Sequence record: ON529850.1
Length of the DNA: 64,000 bases
Reading direction: 5' to 3' (one strand)
Shown here piece by piece: positions 35,711 through 44,682 of this stretch. The notes below the pieces were generated by a model. It did not search any database, had not been told where the DNA came from, and saw only the letters and a program-made list of their open reading frames with translations. How positions within the stretch are numbered: position 1 is the stretch's first letter; each line of letters starts with the position of its first letter. Both the position numbers and the translations under genes were made by a program.

Positions 35711-36346
35711 TCATCCGACGCCGGTGGAGCCGAATCCGCCGGCCCCGCGCTGGGTGGCGCTCAGCGTCTTAACGGACACCCAGCGCCCCTGAACCACAGG
35801 CGAAACGACCGCCTGGGCGATGCGATCGCCCCGCTCGACCAGGAAAGGCCCGGCGCCGGCATTGTGCAAGATCACCTTGATCTCGCCGCGATAATCCGCG
35901 TCGATCGTCCCAGGGGCGTTCATCACGAAGACGCTCCGCTTCGCCGCCAGACCCGAACGCGAGCGCACTTGAAGTTCGTAGCCCGCAGGGACAGCGACGT
36001 TGAACCCGGTCGGCACCAGAGCGGCGCGCCCCGGTTCGATCAGGATCGACGTATCGAGCGCCGCCCGCAGGTCCATGCCGGCGGCCTGCTCGGACTCGTA
36101 GGCCGGCATGGGCAGGCCTTCGCCGTGCGGCAAGGTGACGTATTCGATCGGCACGGCGTTCTCGATGCCGTGGAGAAACTGACGGGCTTCCGAAAACGAC
36201 AGCCTGACGCCGGACGGCATGTCCACGCCTTCGAAGGTATTGAAGGCGACCTGGACGTTCTCGAAACCGGCCGCCGAGAACAGCCGACGCAATGCGTCGG
36301 CCGCCTCATGCTGGGTGGCGCGGGAGTAGTGGATGAGGACCGACAT
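35711..36346 (-). CDS. dut: dUTPase (trimeric) with N-terminal extension
   Basis: AAGMDLRA, RSRSGLA, GTIDADYRGEI, RIAQAV, RGAGGFGSTG. Confidence 0.95.
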   Translation of the reverse strand: MSVLIHYSRATQHEAADALRRLFSAAGFENVQVAFNTFEGVDMPSGVRLSFSEARQFLHGIENAVPIEYVTLPHGEGLPMPAYESEQAAGMDLRAALDTSILIEPGRAALVPTGFNVAVPAGYELQVRSRSGLAAKRSVFVMNAPGTIDADYRGEIKVILHNAGAGPFLVERGDRIAQAVVSPVVQGRWVSVKTLSATQRGAGGFGSTGVG

Positions 36347-37674
36347 CAGGCCTTTTCCTGCTCCAGGACATCGCGCAGATCACTGGCGCCGCCGATGAAG
36401 GTCGCCTCACGGAAGAACGAGTCTTCACCGGGATAGACGTCGTCGGAGACGTCCGAGTCCTCGAACACCAGGGGGAAGGTGCGCCAGCCCGGCTTGGCGG
36501 CTTCCTTCAGGCGCTTACGCTCCTCAGCGTCTTCGACCAGGAGGAACTCCACCTTGTGGTCGGAGCCCAGCAACATCGCCTTGGCCTCTTCGCAGTAGGG
36601 GCAGTTCGGCATGGTGAAGACGACGAACGACTTGACCGGCTTCACCAGCTCCTTGACGATCTTGCCGGCGCCGCCCTCGACCAGGAGAGGGCCGCGCTTC
36701 AGGAAGGCGAAGGCGTTGTCCCAACCCTGGGTCTCGCCCTTGCCGTAGTCGGTCGAACGCTGCTCGAAGAAGTTGGTGTGGGTCGGCGCGTTCATGATCC
36801 AGTCGAGCCAGTCGAACGGATTGTCCCGCACGCCGTAGTTCGGCTTCAGGCCCAGCTGAAGCAGACGGCGGTCGGCGATGTAGCGGATGTATTGTTTGGC
36901 CGATTCCGGCGTCACGCCTTCGACCGGACCAAGGGAGAAGGCCTGGTCGATGAAGGCGTCTTCCAGGTCCACCATCGAGCGGCAGGCGTCGTAGATGCGG
37001 CGCTTGGTCTCGTCGTTCCAGATGCGCGGATGCTCCTTGATCAGCTCATGGAACAGCTTGATCATGGATTCGACGTGGTGCGACTCGTCACGGATCGACC
37101 ATTCGATGATGGTGGTCATGCCCTTCATCAGGCGCCGGCGCTGGAAGCTCATCAGCAGGGCGAAAGACGAAAACAGCTGCATGCCTTCGCCGAAAGCCGA
37201 GAAGACCGCGATGTCGACCGCCAGATCAGCGATGCCCTTGCCGCTCTCGCGCTCGAACATGTATTCGTGCTTTTCGCGCATGGCGGCGTAGGACTGGAAC
37301 GCCTTGAACTCGATCTCGGGCAGGCCCAGGGTGTCGATCAAGGTGGCGTAGGCGTCGATATGGTTGGCCTCGGCCGCGATGAAGCTGCCGATCATCATCC
37401 GCAGCTCAGGATGCTGGAACCGCAGCGCGTATTTCTCGAAGTAACCGCGAGCCACGTCGACGTCAGCTTGAGTAAAGAATCTGAAGAGCTGAGTAAGCAG
37501 AGACTTCTCATTCTCCGTCAACTTAGTCTTCCAGTCCTTGATGTCTTCAGCCATCGGCGCTTCGTGCGGAAGCCAATGCAGGGATTGCATGACCTTATAG
37601 GCCTGATAGGCCCACGGATACACGAACGGCTTGTAGTAATCGCGAGGTTCGAGCAGGGAAGGGGTGGCGGACAT
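36346..37674 (-). CDS. nrdB: Class Ia ribonucleotide reductase beta subunit fused to C-terminal glutaredoxin
   Basis: FFTQADVDV, EANH, EGMQLFSSF, RDESHH; C-terminal CPYC...RTFPLVF...FIGG. Confidence 0.93.
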   Translation of the reverse strand: MSATPSLLEPRDYYKPFVYPWAYQAYKVMQSLHWLPHEAPMAEDIKDWKTKLTENEKSLLTQLFRFFTQADVDVARGYFEKYALRFQHPELRMMIGSFIAAEANHIDAYATLIDTLGLPEIEFKAFQSYAAMREKHEYMFERESGKGIADLAVDIAVFSAFGEGMQLFSSFALLMSFQRRRLMKGMTTIIEWSIRDESHHVESMIKLFHELIKEHPRIWNDETKRRIYDACRSMVDLEDAFIDQAFSLGPVEGVTPESAKQYIRYIADRRLLQLGLKPNYGVRDNPFDWLDWIMNAPTHTNFFEQRSTDYGKGETQGWDNAFAFLKRGPLLVEGGAGKIVKELVKPVKSFVVFTMPNCPYCEEAKAMLLGSDHKVEFLLVEDAEERKRLKEAAKPGWRTFPLVFEDSDVSDDVYPGEDSFFREATFIGGASDLRDVLEQEKA

Positions 37675-37686
37675 TCTTACAGCGTC

Positions 37687-38271
37687 TCAGTATTCATAGG
37701 ATTCAGGGGGAAGAGGTTCAGGGGCTTGGTTGCCCCACAGCGCCCAGCCAGGACGGGCGCGCCTCGCGAACAGTTCGATCTTGCTCGCCTCGGGGTAGAG
37801 GTCTTCGATGCGTGCATGGATGTCGTCGGGCTTACGGGAGTGCTCGGCGCGCGGCGCAAAGACGGTCTGAACCACCTTTTCGCTCGCCAGCTTCATCGGC
37901 CGCCCCTTGGCGACCGGACTGGCGACCAGCACCAGTTCGGTCAGGGGCTTGATGATGGACGGGCGAACCCCCTGGGCGCCGATCGGGCTGCCGTCGGTGC
38001 GGGTCTTGACCCAGACGAAGGCGATGCCGCGATAGTGGAGGCCCCAGGCGCGCAGGCAGTCGATGGCGAAATCCATACGGGGCGAAGTGACCCACACGAA
38101 CAACACGCCCCGATCGGTGAGCAGCTGGCGCATGGGAAACGCCAGCAACTCCTCGTCGGTCATGGTCGGGTAGTGATTCGCCGCCGCGCCCATCTTGTCC
38201 TGTTGCCCGTAATAGGCCCACGGCGGGTCGGCGAGGACCACGTCGTAGGCCTGTTCCGGCAGGGGGATCAT
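37687..38271 (-). CDS. MT-A70-family adenine DNA methyltransferase
   Basis: YDVVLADPPW, LFVWVT, FVWVK, EHSRKP, KIELFAR. Confidence 0.9.
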   Translation of the reverse strand: MIPLPEQAYDVVLADPPWAYYGQQDKMGAAANHYPTMTDEELLAFPMRQLLTDRGVLFVWVTSPRMDFAIDCLRAWGLHYRGIAFVWVKTRTDGSPIGAQGVRPSIIKPLTELVLVASPVAKGRPMKLASEKVVQTVFAPRAEHSRKPDDIHARIEDLYPEASKIELFARRARPGWALWGNQAPEPLPPESYEY

Positions 38272-38275
38272 CCGA

Positions 38276-41107
38276 TCAGCCCTCGCAGGCGACGCAGGTG
38301 CTGTCGTCCATCGGGTTGGCGCTCAGCCCGTTCGACGGCAGAACCGGCTTCTCCTCCACCGTGCGACGCTCCACCTTATCGTTGGTGTTTTCAGCGCGGC
38401 GCGGGGTAGTGGAGCGGAAGTAGTAGAGGCTCTTGAGCGGTTGCCCTTCGCCTTCCGGGTCCCAGGCCAGATAGTGGACTTCCGACATGTAGCCGGCGTC
38501 GGCGTCATGCGGGAAGGCCAGGTTGATCGACTGGGCTTGATCGATTTCGACCTGGCGGTCGCGGGCGTGCTGCACCACCCAACGCATGTCCAGTTCCGTG
38601 AAGGTCTTGAACACGCGGCACAGGTGTTCCCAGTCATCCGCGTCCACTTCGACGTCGCCGATGACATAGACCGGCGCCTTGCCGGCGATCTCCACCCTCA
38701 TGCCCAGATTCTGAACCGAGCCTTCGTCGGCGACGATGGCCTTCCACACCTCGGAGGTGTCCAGGTTCCGCTTCGCCAGCTCACGCACCAGATAGGGGTT
38801 CTTGACCGGGAAGGAGCCCGACAAGGTCTTCTGGAGGTAGGCGTTGGCGCGCCACGGCTCGACCGACGGCGAGGTGTTGCCGCACAGGATCGACGAAGAG
38901 GCGTTCGGGGCGATCGCCAGCTTGTGAGCGAACCGTTCCCCGGTCCCCGCCATGTCGGGGGCTTCGCCCCGTTCGGCGCCCAACGCCAAGGAGGCGGCGT
39001 CGGCATCGGCGCGGATGTGGCGGAAGATCATCTTGTTGATCTCGCGCGCCTCATTCGATTCAAAGGCGACCATCTGCTTTTGCAGCAGGGCGTGGAAGCC
39101 CAGCAGGCCCAGACCGATCGAGCGTTCCTGGGTCGCGGAGTAAACGGCATAGGCCAGCTCCGCCGGAGCGTTTTCGATGAAGGTCGTCAGGCAGTTGTCC
39201 AGCATGCGCATCAGGTCCGGAATGAACTCCGGCACTTCGCACCATTCCGGGAACTTCTCGCCGTTGACCGACGACAAGCAGCACACGGCGGTGCGTTTCT
39301 TGTTCTGATCGTCACGCCCCGTCGCCAGGGTGATCTCGGTGCAGTTCCCCGTCAGGACGCCGTTGAACACGCCGCGATGACGCTTGTTCTCGGTGAAGCA
39401 GTAGGTGTCGCTCTTGCGCGGCAGGGGATGGACATCAGCGACCTGCATCAGAGGGGTGAAGTGCCCGACGCCCTCAATGTCGCTGAGGCGCGCCTTATGG
39501 CGCAGCAGGTATCCCCGGTCCGCCAGCTTCTTGACGTCATAGACATTCAGCATGAATCCGCAGCCGGTGTCGGTGATGCGGATGCGCGGATTGAGGCCTG
39601 CTTCCAGAGCCGCCAGCCGCATCTCGCGCACCAGGCTCGGGTCTTGCGAGGCGATCGACAGATAGCCGTGCTTGTCGAAGAAGCCGGCTCCTTCCACCTC
39701 GACCCACTCCGCCGCTGCATCCAGGGCGCCGGCGAACCAGGCCAAGCGGGCATGCTGACGCCAACGCAGCGGCGGGCGTCCCGTCGGCACGCTGAGCGGC
39801 TCGTAACGGATGTAGACGCCTTCGGCCACGGTGTCGTAGCTCGGGTCCACCGAATGGCGCATCAGGCGACGCACCAGATCAGGATCGCCTTCATTGACGA
39901 AGACCGTCAGGCGGTTGGCGTCTTCGAACCCGGCGAAGGTCGCAAAGCCGGCGGTGTAGGCCAGGTCATCATCGTACTCAGCGTCGTCCTTCAGTTCGAC
40001 GACCGGATGGGACGCCGGCTCCAGACGCACGCCCGCCGTCAAGGCCCCCGCACGATGCTCCGCACCGTCGGCGTCGTAGAACTTGTGATAGGCCGTGCAG
40101 TCCAGATAGGAGCCGTCTTCGAACCAGACGCGCACCAACTCTTGGTCCACGCCGGTCTTCTCGATCGTGACCTGACTCCACTCCTGGCCGTTCCACACCT
40201 CGACCTGACGCCCTTCCAGAGCGCCGATCGGCATATAGCCGTTGCGCGTCAGCACTTCCGTTTCGGGAGCCACGCACAGGTTCGATTGGCGCACCTTCAG
40301 GCCCTTGGCCTTCTGGGCCTCGGGCAGGCGACGGTTGGCCTCGTCGACGAAGAAGAAATAAGGCTCGCCAGTCTGCTTGCGCGTCTCCAGCGCCAGGCGC
40401 CACAGTTCACGCGCGTTCAGCGTCTCCGTGACCGCCTTGGTCTTCGGATCGATCAGGTCGAACGACGTATCGTCGCGCACCGCCTGCATGAACTTGTCGG
40501 TGATGCACAGGGCGTTGTGCAGGTTGGTGAACTTGCGGTTCTCGTCGCCGCCGGTCGGTTTGCGGCCGGTGATGAACTCCACCACTTCAGGGTGATCGAC
40601 GTCGAGATAGGCGGCGTAGGAGCCGCGACGGGTTCCGCCCTGGCTGACCGACAGAATCAGGCGGTCCACGGTCGCGATGAACGGGACGACGCCGGTCGAA
40701 GCCGAACCGCGACTGGTCTTGGCGCCGTTCGAGCGCAGATCGCCCCAATAGCCGCCCACGCCGCCGCCGACCGACGACAGCCAGCCAGTTTCGGCCCAGT
40801 GATCGAAGATGCCTTCACGGCTGTCTTCGGCGGTGGTCAGGAAGCAGGAGATCGGCAGGCCGCGATCCGTGCCGCCATTCGACAGCAGGGGCGTGGCGAA
40901 CATGAACCAACCCTTCGAGACATAGTCGTAGAGGCGCTGGGCGTGCTCGGCGTCGTCGGCGAAAGCCGCCGAGGCGCGGGCGAAGGCGTGCTGGGGCGAG
41001 GTTTCGCCCGGAACCAGGTAGCGATCGCGGAAAGTCTGGAGGGTGAACTCATCGAAAACCTCGTCCCGAGTGAGATTGAGACGAATGGATGAGGCATCGA
41101 CGCGCAT
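38276..41107 (-). CDS. nrdA: Class Ia ribonucleotide reductase alpha subunit (no ATP cone) containing an intein
   Basis: FATPLLSNGG, PISCFL, QGGTRRGS, SNL|C.EI, LAIAPNASSS, LKSLYY, C-terminal CVACEG. Confidence 0.93.
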   Translation of the reverse strand: MRVDASSIRLNLTRDEVFDEFTLQTFRDRYLVPGETSPQHAFARASAAFADDAEHAQRLYDYVSKGWFMFATPLLSNGGTDRGLPISCFLTTAEDSREGIFDHWAETGWLSSVGGGVGGYWGDLRSNGAKTSRGSASTGVVPFIATVDRLILSVSQGGTRRGSYAAYLDVDHPEVVEFITGRKPTGGDENRKFTNLHNALCITDKFMQAVRDDTSFDLIDPKTKAVTETLNARELWRLALETRKQTGEPYFFFVDEANRRLPEAQKAKGLKVRQSNLCVAPETEVLTRNGYMPIGALEGRQVEVWNGQEWSQVTIEKTGVDQELVRVWFEDGSYLDCTAYHKFYDADGAEHRAGALTAGVRLEPASHPVVELKDDAEYDDDLAYTAGFATFAGFEDANRLTVFVNEGDPDLVRRLMRHSVDPSYDTVAEGVYIRYEPLSVPTGRPPLRWRQHARLAWFAGALDAAAEWVEVEGAGFFDKHGYLSIASQDPSLVREMRLAALEAGLNPRIRITDTGCGFMLNVYDVKKLADRGYLLRHKARLSDIEGVGHFTPLMQVADVHPLPRKSDTYCFTENKRHRGVFNGVLTGNCTEITLATGRDDQNKKRTAVCCLSSVNGEKFPEWCEVPEFIPDLMRMLDNCLTTFIENAPAELAYAVYSATQERSIGLGLLGFHALLQKQMVAFESNEAREINKMIFRHIRADADAASLALGAERGEAPDMAGTGERFAHKLAIAPNASSSILCGNTSPSVEPWRANAYLQKTLSGSFPVKNPYLVRELAKRNLDTSEVWKAIVADEGSVQNLGMRVEIAGKAPVYVIGDVEVDADDWEHLCRVFKTFTELDMRWVVQHARDRQVEIDQAQSINLAFPHDADAGYMSEVHYLAWDPEGEGQPLKSLYYFRSTTPRRAENTNDKVERRTVEEKPVLPSNGLSANPMDDSTCVACEG
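39344..40276 (-). mobile_element. Intein (311 aa) with degenerate LAGLIDADG-like domain
   Basis: Starts CVAPETEVLT after QSNL and ends GVFNGVLTGN before C-T-E; internal FAGALDAAAE block. Confidence 0.9.
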
Positions 41108-41215
41108 AGTCAAACGGTGTCCGTGAAAAAGGCTCTGCCCAGCAAAAACCGCTGTCAAAACAGAGCCTTAGAGGTATTGAGAAAGGGTTGTCACTGTAAC
41201 CAAATCAGGCGCGAA

Positions 41216-41232
41216 CGTCAAGAATTACAACA
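41216..41232 (-). promoter_or_regulatory. Conserved 17-bp promoter box (TGTTGTAATTC-TTGACG) upstream of nrdA
   Basis: Identical copy at 63136-63152; includes the -35 hexamer; -10 TACAGT at 17 bp. Confidence 0.6.
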
Positions 41233-41282
41233 GTCAATGTTGAAGATTGATTCCTTGACATCCGCCCTGAAAATTATGTGAC

Positions 41283-41528
41283 TCAACGCTCGTCGGGGAA
41301 CTTCAGGTTGGCGGCCTTCAGGATGTCTCTGACATTGCAGAGCTTTCCATCCAGGGTGAACCCCAGCTTGGTCTCCTTCATGCGCGGTCCGAGAATGGCC
41401 TGAGCCTGCTCCATCAGCGGCGGCGGATCGTCGAAGGGGACGACCGGGTGGTTGTCTTCGCGGGGGAGACGAAACTTGAGGTTCGGATTTTTACCGTCGG
41501 CGTCCGCCGCTTGGGGTTTACGGGCCAC
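41283..41528 (-). CDS. Hypothetical protein
   Basis: Packed ORF. Confidence 0.55.
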   Translation of the reverse strand: MARKPQAADADGKNPNLKFRLPREDNHPVVPFDDPPPLMEQAQAILGPRMKETKLGFTLDGKLCNVRDILKAANLKFPDER

Positions 41529-41663
41529 TCAGAAGGCCTCCAGATAGGCAGGAGCTGTGACAGGCGCGCCGCCGCCGCACTGCATCAGCAGCAGGCCGGC
41601 GCCCATGAGGATCGCCAGAAGCGCCAGGCGCCGGCGAGGAGGGGTCGAATAGGTCGAAACCAT
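41529..41663 (-). CDS. Small 44-aa membrane/lipoprotein-like peptide
   Basis: RRR-hydrophobic-LLMQCG signal-like; GAGGGG RBS; fills the gap exactly. Confidence 0.5.
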   Translation of the reverse strand: MVSTYSTPPRRRLALLAILMGAGLLLMQCGGGAPVTAPAYLEAF

Positions 41664-41664
41664 T

Positions 41665-42045
41665 TCAGGCACCCCTCACACGGTCGGGATAGCCGGTCGT
41701 CTGGCCCGACGCGCACACCTTGAGGATGCGATGCGGCGGATAGTGCGTGAGCACGCCGTCGCGCACCGAACGATAACCGGTCGCAACGATCGCCGAGACG
41801 TGCTCGCGCACCTTCTCGCCAGCCACGACATCGTATTCAAAAACGACGCCGTTATCGAGGTAGACGGAAATCACGACGGTCGTAGCCGCCGGCTGGGCGA
41901 CAGCCGACGTATCTTTGCGGGTCTGCGGCGGCTGAACCCAGGGGGCTCCCCCGCCGCCGATATACGGGTGTCCCCCGCCGGTCAGATAGGGCGGCCAACC
42001 GTGCCAGAGCGCACCCGTCGTTTCATAACGACAGTGGCTCATCAT
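41665..42045 (-). CDS. Hypothetical protein
   Basis: Packed ORF; C-terminal VISVYLDNGVVFEY...YPPHRILKV domain. Confidence 0.55.
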   Translation of the reverse strand: MMSHCRYETTGALWHGWPPYLTGGGHPYIGGGGAPWVQPPQTRKDTSAVAQPAATTVVISVYLDNGVVFEYDVVAGEKVREHVSAIVATGYRSVRDGVLTHYPPHRILKVCASGQTTGYPDRVRGA

Positions 42046-42437
42046 TCGGCGGCCTTTTCTTCGGCGATGTCGGTGAAGGCGCCGGCGAGCGCTTCGTTTC
42101 CGGCCGCCACAGCGGCGTCGACATCTTCACCGGCGTCGATCTGGGCGTTGACGTTCCGCAGGGTCTCGCTGACCAGGCTCATGGCTTCGATCAGGGCCGG
42201 ATGTTCGCCGCGCACCAGGGTGTTCAGCGCCAGGGCGACGACGTCGACGATGGACAGAGGATGCGACTTTCCCGGATCGAGCGCTTCCATGCGGGCGCCG
42301 TGCAGGCCCATGTTGACGGTGAAGCCGCCGTTCTCGCCTTCGGTAAAGGAGATGATAGACGTGGGGCGGTCAGGCAGGGTCACGGCGCTGCGGGCGGCCT
42401 TACGTCGTTCGATGCGCGATTTGGATGCGGTGGTCAT
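42042..42437 (-). CDS. Hypothetical protein
   Basis: ATG 42437 chosen. Confidence 0.55.
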   Translation of the reverse strand: MTTASKSRIERRKAARSAVTLPDRPTSIISFTEGENGGFTVNMGLHGARMEALDPGKSHPLSIVDVVALALNTLVRGEHPALIEAMSLVSETLRNVNAQIDAGEDVDAAVAAGNEALAGAFTDIAEEKAAE

Positions 42438-42462
42438 GGGTGGTTTACTCGTGATGCGCCGG

Positions 42463-42759
42463 TCAGCTCTGAGTCTGATCCAGCAAGGTGGTGATGCGAT
42501 TGCAGGCGTCGATTTCGGAGATCGGCCCCGTCTTGAGCAGCTCATCCATCCGGCGGCTGATGGTGCCGTCTTCATCCAGCGTCATGACCGCCAGGATAAA
42601 GAGTCCCGCCAGAGAAACGGTCTTACGGATTTCCGGTTTTTGCGGCAGATCGACGATCAACTCGACGTCTTCAGCGCCGTCAGCGCCGATGTCGTAGGCC
42701 TGCAAGGCGAACCGACGAAGCAGCTCAGGATCAAACGTCAGTTCGGTCGGGGTAGGCAT
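42463..42759 (-). CDS. Hypothetical protein
   Basis: GGAG RBS before ATG 42759. Confidence 0.55.
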   Translation of the reverse strand: MPTPTELTFDPELLRRFALQAYDIGADGAEDVELIVDLPQKPEIRKTVSLAGLFILAVMTLDEDGTISRRMDELLKTGPISEIDACNRITTLLDQTQS

Positions 42760-42872
42760 AATGCGGCTCCGAAGGGATTGCCGTGAACTTTGACAATCAG
42801 TGTCATGGAAACTGTTAGAGGTCAACCGATAAATCGAAAAAAGTCCAACAGTTTCCGTAACATAACCTGAGG

Positions 42873-43163
42873 TTACGAATACCGCTCGGCGCGGCTCTGG
42901 AGTTCCGGATCGCGTGGCGACTGGGTCTCGAAAACAAAGGGCGGCGTCGGAATCGGCGTCCACCACTCATGGTATCCAGGCCAGCCGCCCAGATTGATGA
43001 CCTGTTCGAATTCGCCGATCGACAGGACATAGCCTCGGCCCATATCGAGAGGCGTCCCCACATAGGGCGCCTCCGTCACCGGACAGGTCCACCACAGGAC
43101 GTCGCCCATGTCCTCATGCCATTCACTGATGTGACGCGCCGTCCCTGCGGCGGGGCTCTCCAT
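42873..43163 (-). CDS. Hypothetical protein
   Basis: TGATG coupling to thyX. Confidence 0.55.
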   Translation of the reverse strand: MESPAAGTARHISEWHEDMGDVLWWTCPVTEAPYVGTPLDMGRGYVLSIGEFEQVINLGGWPGYHEWWTPIPTPPFVFETQSPRDPELQSRAERYS

Positions 43164-44098
43164 CACAGACACTCGTTCGGGACGAATTTGCGGAACTGAG
43201 CGAAACCCTGGAAGTTGCCCTGGACCCAGTCCGGCTCATCCATCATGGCGATGCGCGCCTGGTGCTCCAACGGTGAGGCGTGCAGCGGCTCCGCGCCGGC
43301 CAGGCGCAGGTAGAGCTCCAGATCGGTGTCGATCTCGGGACGCTTGCCGTCATGCTTGGAGTAACTGACACGGCAGCAGCGCGCCGTCGAGATCGCCAGC
43401 AGCAGCGCCGTTTCCGGCGTCACGCGCTCGAACAGACCGTTCATGTTGTCGACCGAGCACAGCGTGTCGATGATGGTGACCGCGAAGTCGCTGAAGCGAC
43501 GGCGATTGACCAGATCGGCGACATCGGCGCGGTCCTGTTCCGTCACATAGGGCAGGTGCCATTCGCCCTCGCCCAGCACCTTCGGCTGCGCTTCGGCGCG
43601 GGCCTGCTTGATCGCCTGGGCCAGGTGCATGATTTCGTCCTGGGCGTCGGTGTGATCGCGCAGGGCGTCGAAGTTCGACCAGTTGGTGGCGGTGACCACC
43701 ACCTCGATATAGCCGAACCATTCCAGAGGGCGATTGACCCATTGTTTGTGGATGTTCAGCCCGTCCTTGGCGGCGAGAAGGCGCGTCTTCTCCAAAATGA
43801 AGTCGGCCATTTCGCGCCAGATCAGCTCCGCCTCGGCCTGCTTTTCCGCCGTCAGGAAACCGCCCGGCTGCATGCCCGGCTGATTGACGCGGAACTTCGG
43901 CACATAGATGTCGGCGTCGCGCACCGTCAAGGAGGTGTGCGGGATGGCGCGGCTGGAAGAAGCGTTGCGAGAGAAGACCCGGTGGGTCATGAAGTCGGCA
44001 TGCACCATACGCGGGTAGCGCAGCTGCAAGGTGTCGATGCGTTCGCCGTCCTCGGTCATGGAGGAAGCGATGGATTTGGCGGTGATTTGCGGGATCAT
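43163..44098 (-). CDS. thyX: Flavin-dependent thymidylate synthase
   Basis: FMTHRVFSRNASSSRAIP, NRPLEWF, HASPLEH. Confidence 0.88.
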   Translation of the reverse strand: MIPQITAKSIASSMTEDGERIDTLQLRYPRMVHADFMTHRVFSRNASSSRAIPHTSLTVRDADIYVPKFRVNQPGMQPGGFLTAEKQAEAELIWREMADFILEKTRLLAAKDGLNIHKQWVNRPLEWFGYIEVVVTATNWSNFDALRDHTDAQDEIMHLAQAIKQARAEAQPKVLGEGEWHLPYVTEQDRADVADLVNRRRFSDFAVTIIDTLCSVDNMNGLFERVTPETALLLAISTARCCRVSYSKHDGKRPEIDTDLELYLRLAGAEPLHASPLEHQARIAMMDEPDWVQGNFQGFAQFRKFVPNECL

Positions 44099-44106
44099 GT
44101 CCTGCC

Positions 44107-44667
44107 TCAGTAAGAAATGGCGTCGAGCAGGAGCGCCTCGCCGGCCTGGTGGAGGTCCGCGACGGTGCGCTCGTTGTAGATGGTCCAGTCCGCTTCGACT
44201 TGATCGATCTCGATCTCGGACTGGTGTTGCGAGTAGAGGTCGTTGCGCGTGCGTCGCGGATCGACCACCTTGATGATCCGGCCGCCCATGGCGCGGATCA
44301 TCGACGCCTCATTGACGAACCGGCAATCCGAGCACACCACGCCCGGCGCCCCGGCCTGGATCGCCGCATCGGCCGAACGCCGGAAGGCCTCGACCCAGGT
44401 GTCGTCCAGGTAGGCTCGGAACATCTCGGTGCCGATGCGTTGCATCAGCTCTCGCGGCGACTTGTAGGGATAACGCTGAAGCGGCGTTTCCTTCAGGACC
44501 GGGTCCAGCATCTCCTTCATCGACACGCCGTAGACGGTGGTGCACGCCTCCCGCAGCGGATCAGCGAAGTTGACATGGGCGTAGCCGCGCCGCGTCAGAA
44601 CTTCAGCCAGGGTGGATTTGCCGTGGCCGCGTTTGCCGGTGATCGCCACGAGGGGGTAGGGACGCAT
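44107..44667 (-). CDS. Deoxynucleoside monophosphate kinase
   Basis: ITGKRGHGKST, FADPLRE, PRELMQRIGTE, SDCRFVNE, H.SE. Confidence 0.9.
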   Translation of the reverse strand: MRPYPLVAITGKRGHGKSTLAEVLTRRGYAHVNFADPLREACTTVYGVSMKEMLDPVLKETPLQRYPYKSPRELMQRIGTEMFRAYLDDTWVEAFRRSADAAIQAGAPGVVCSDCRFVNEASMIRAMGGRIIKVVDPRRTRNDLYSQHQSEIEIDQVEADWTIYNERTVADLHQAGEALLLDAISY

Positions 44668-44682
44668 GTGATCGCACTCGCA

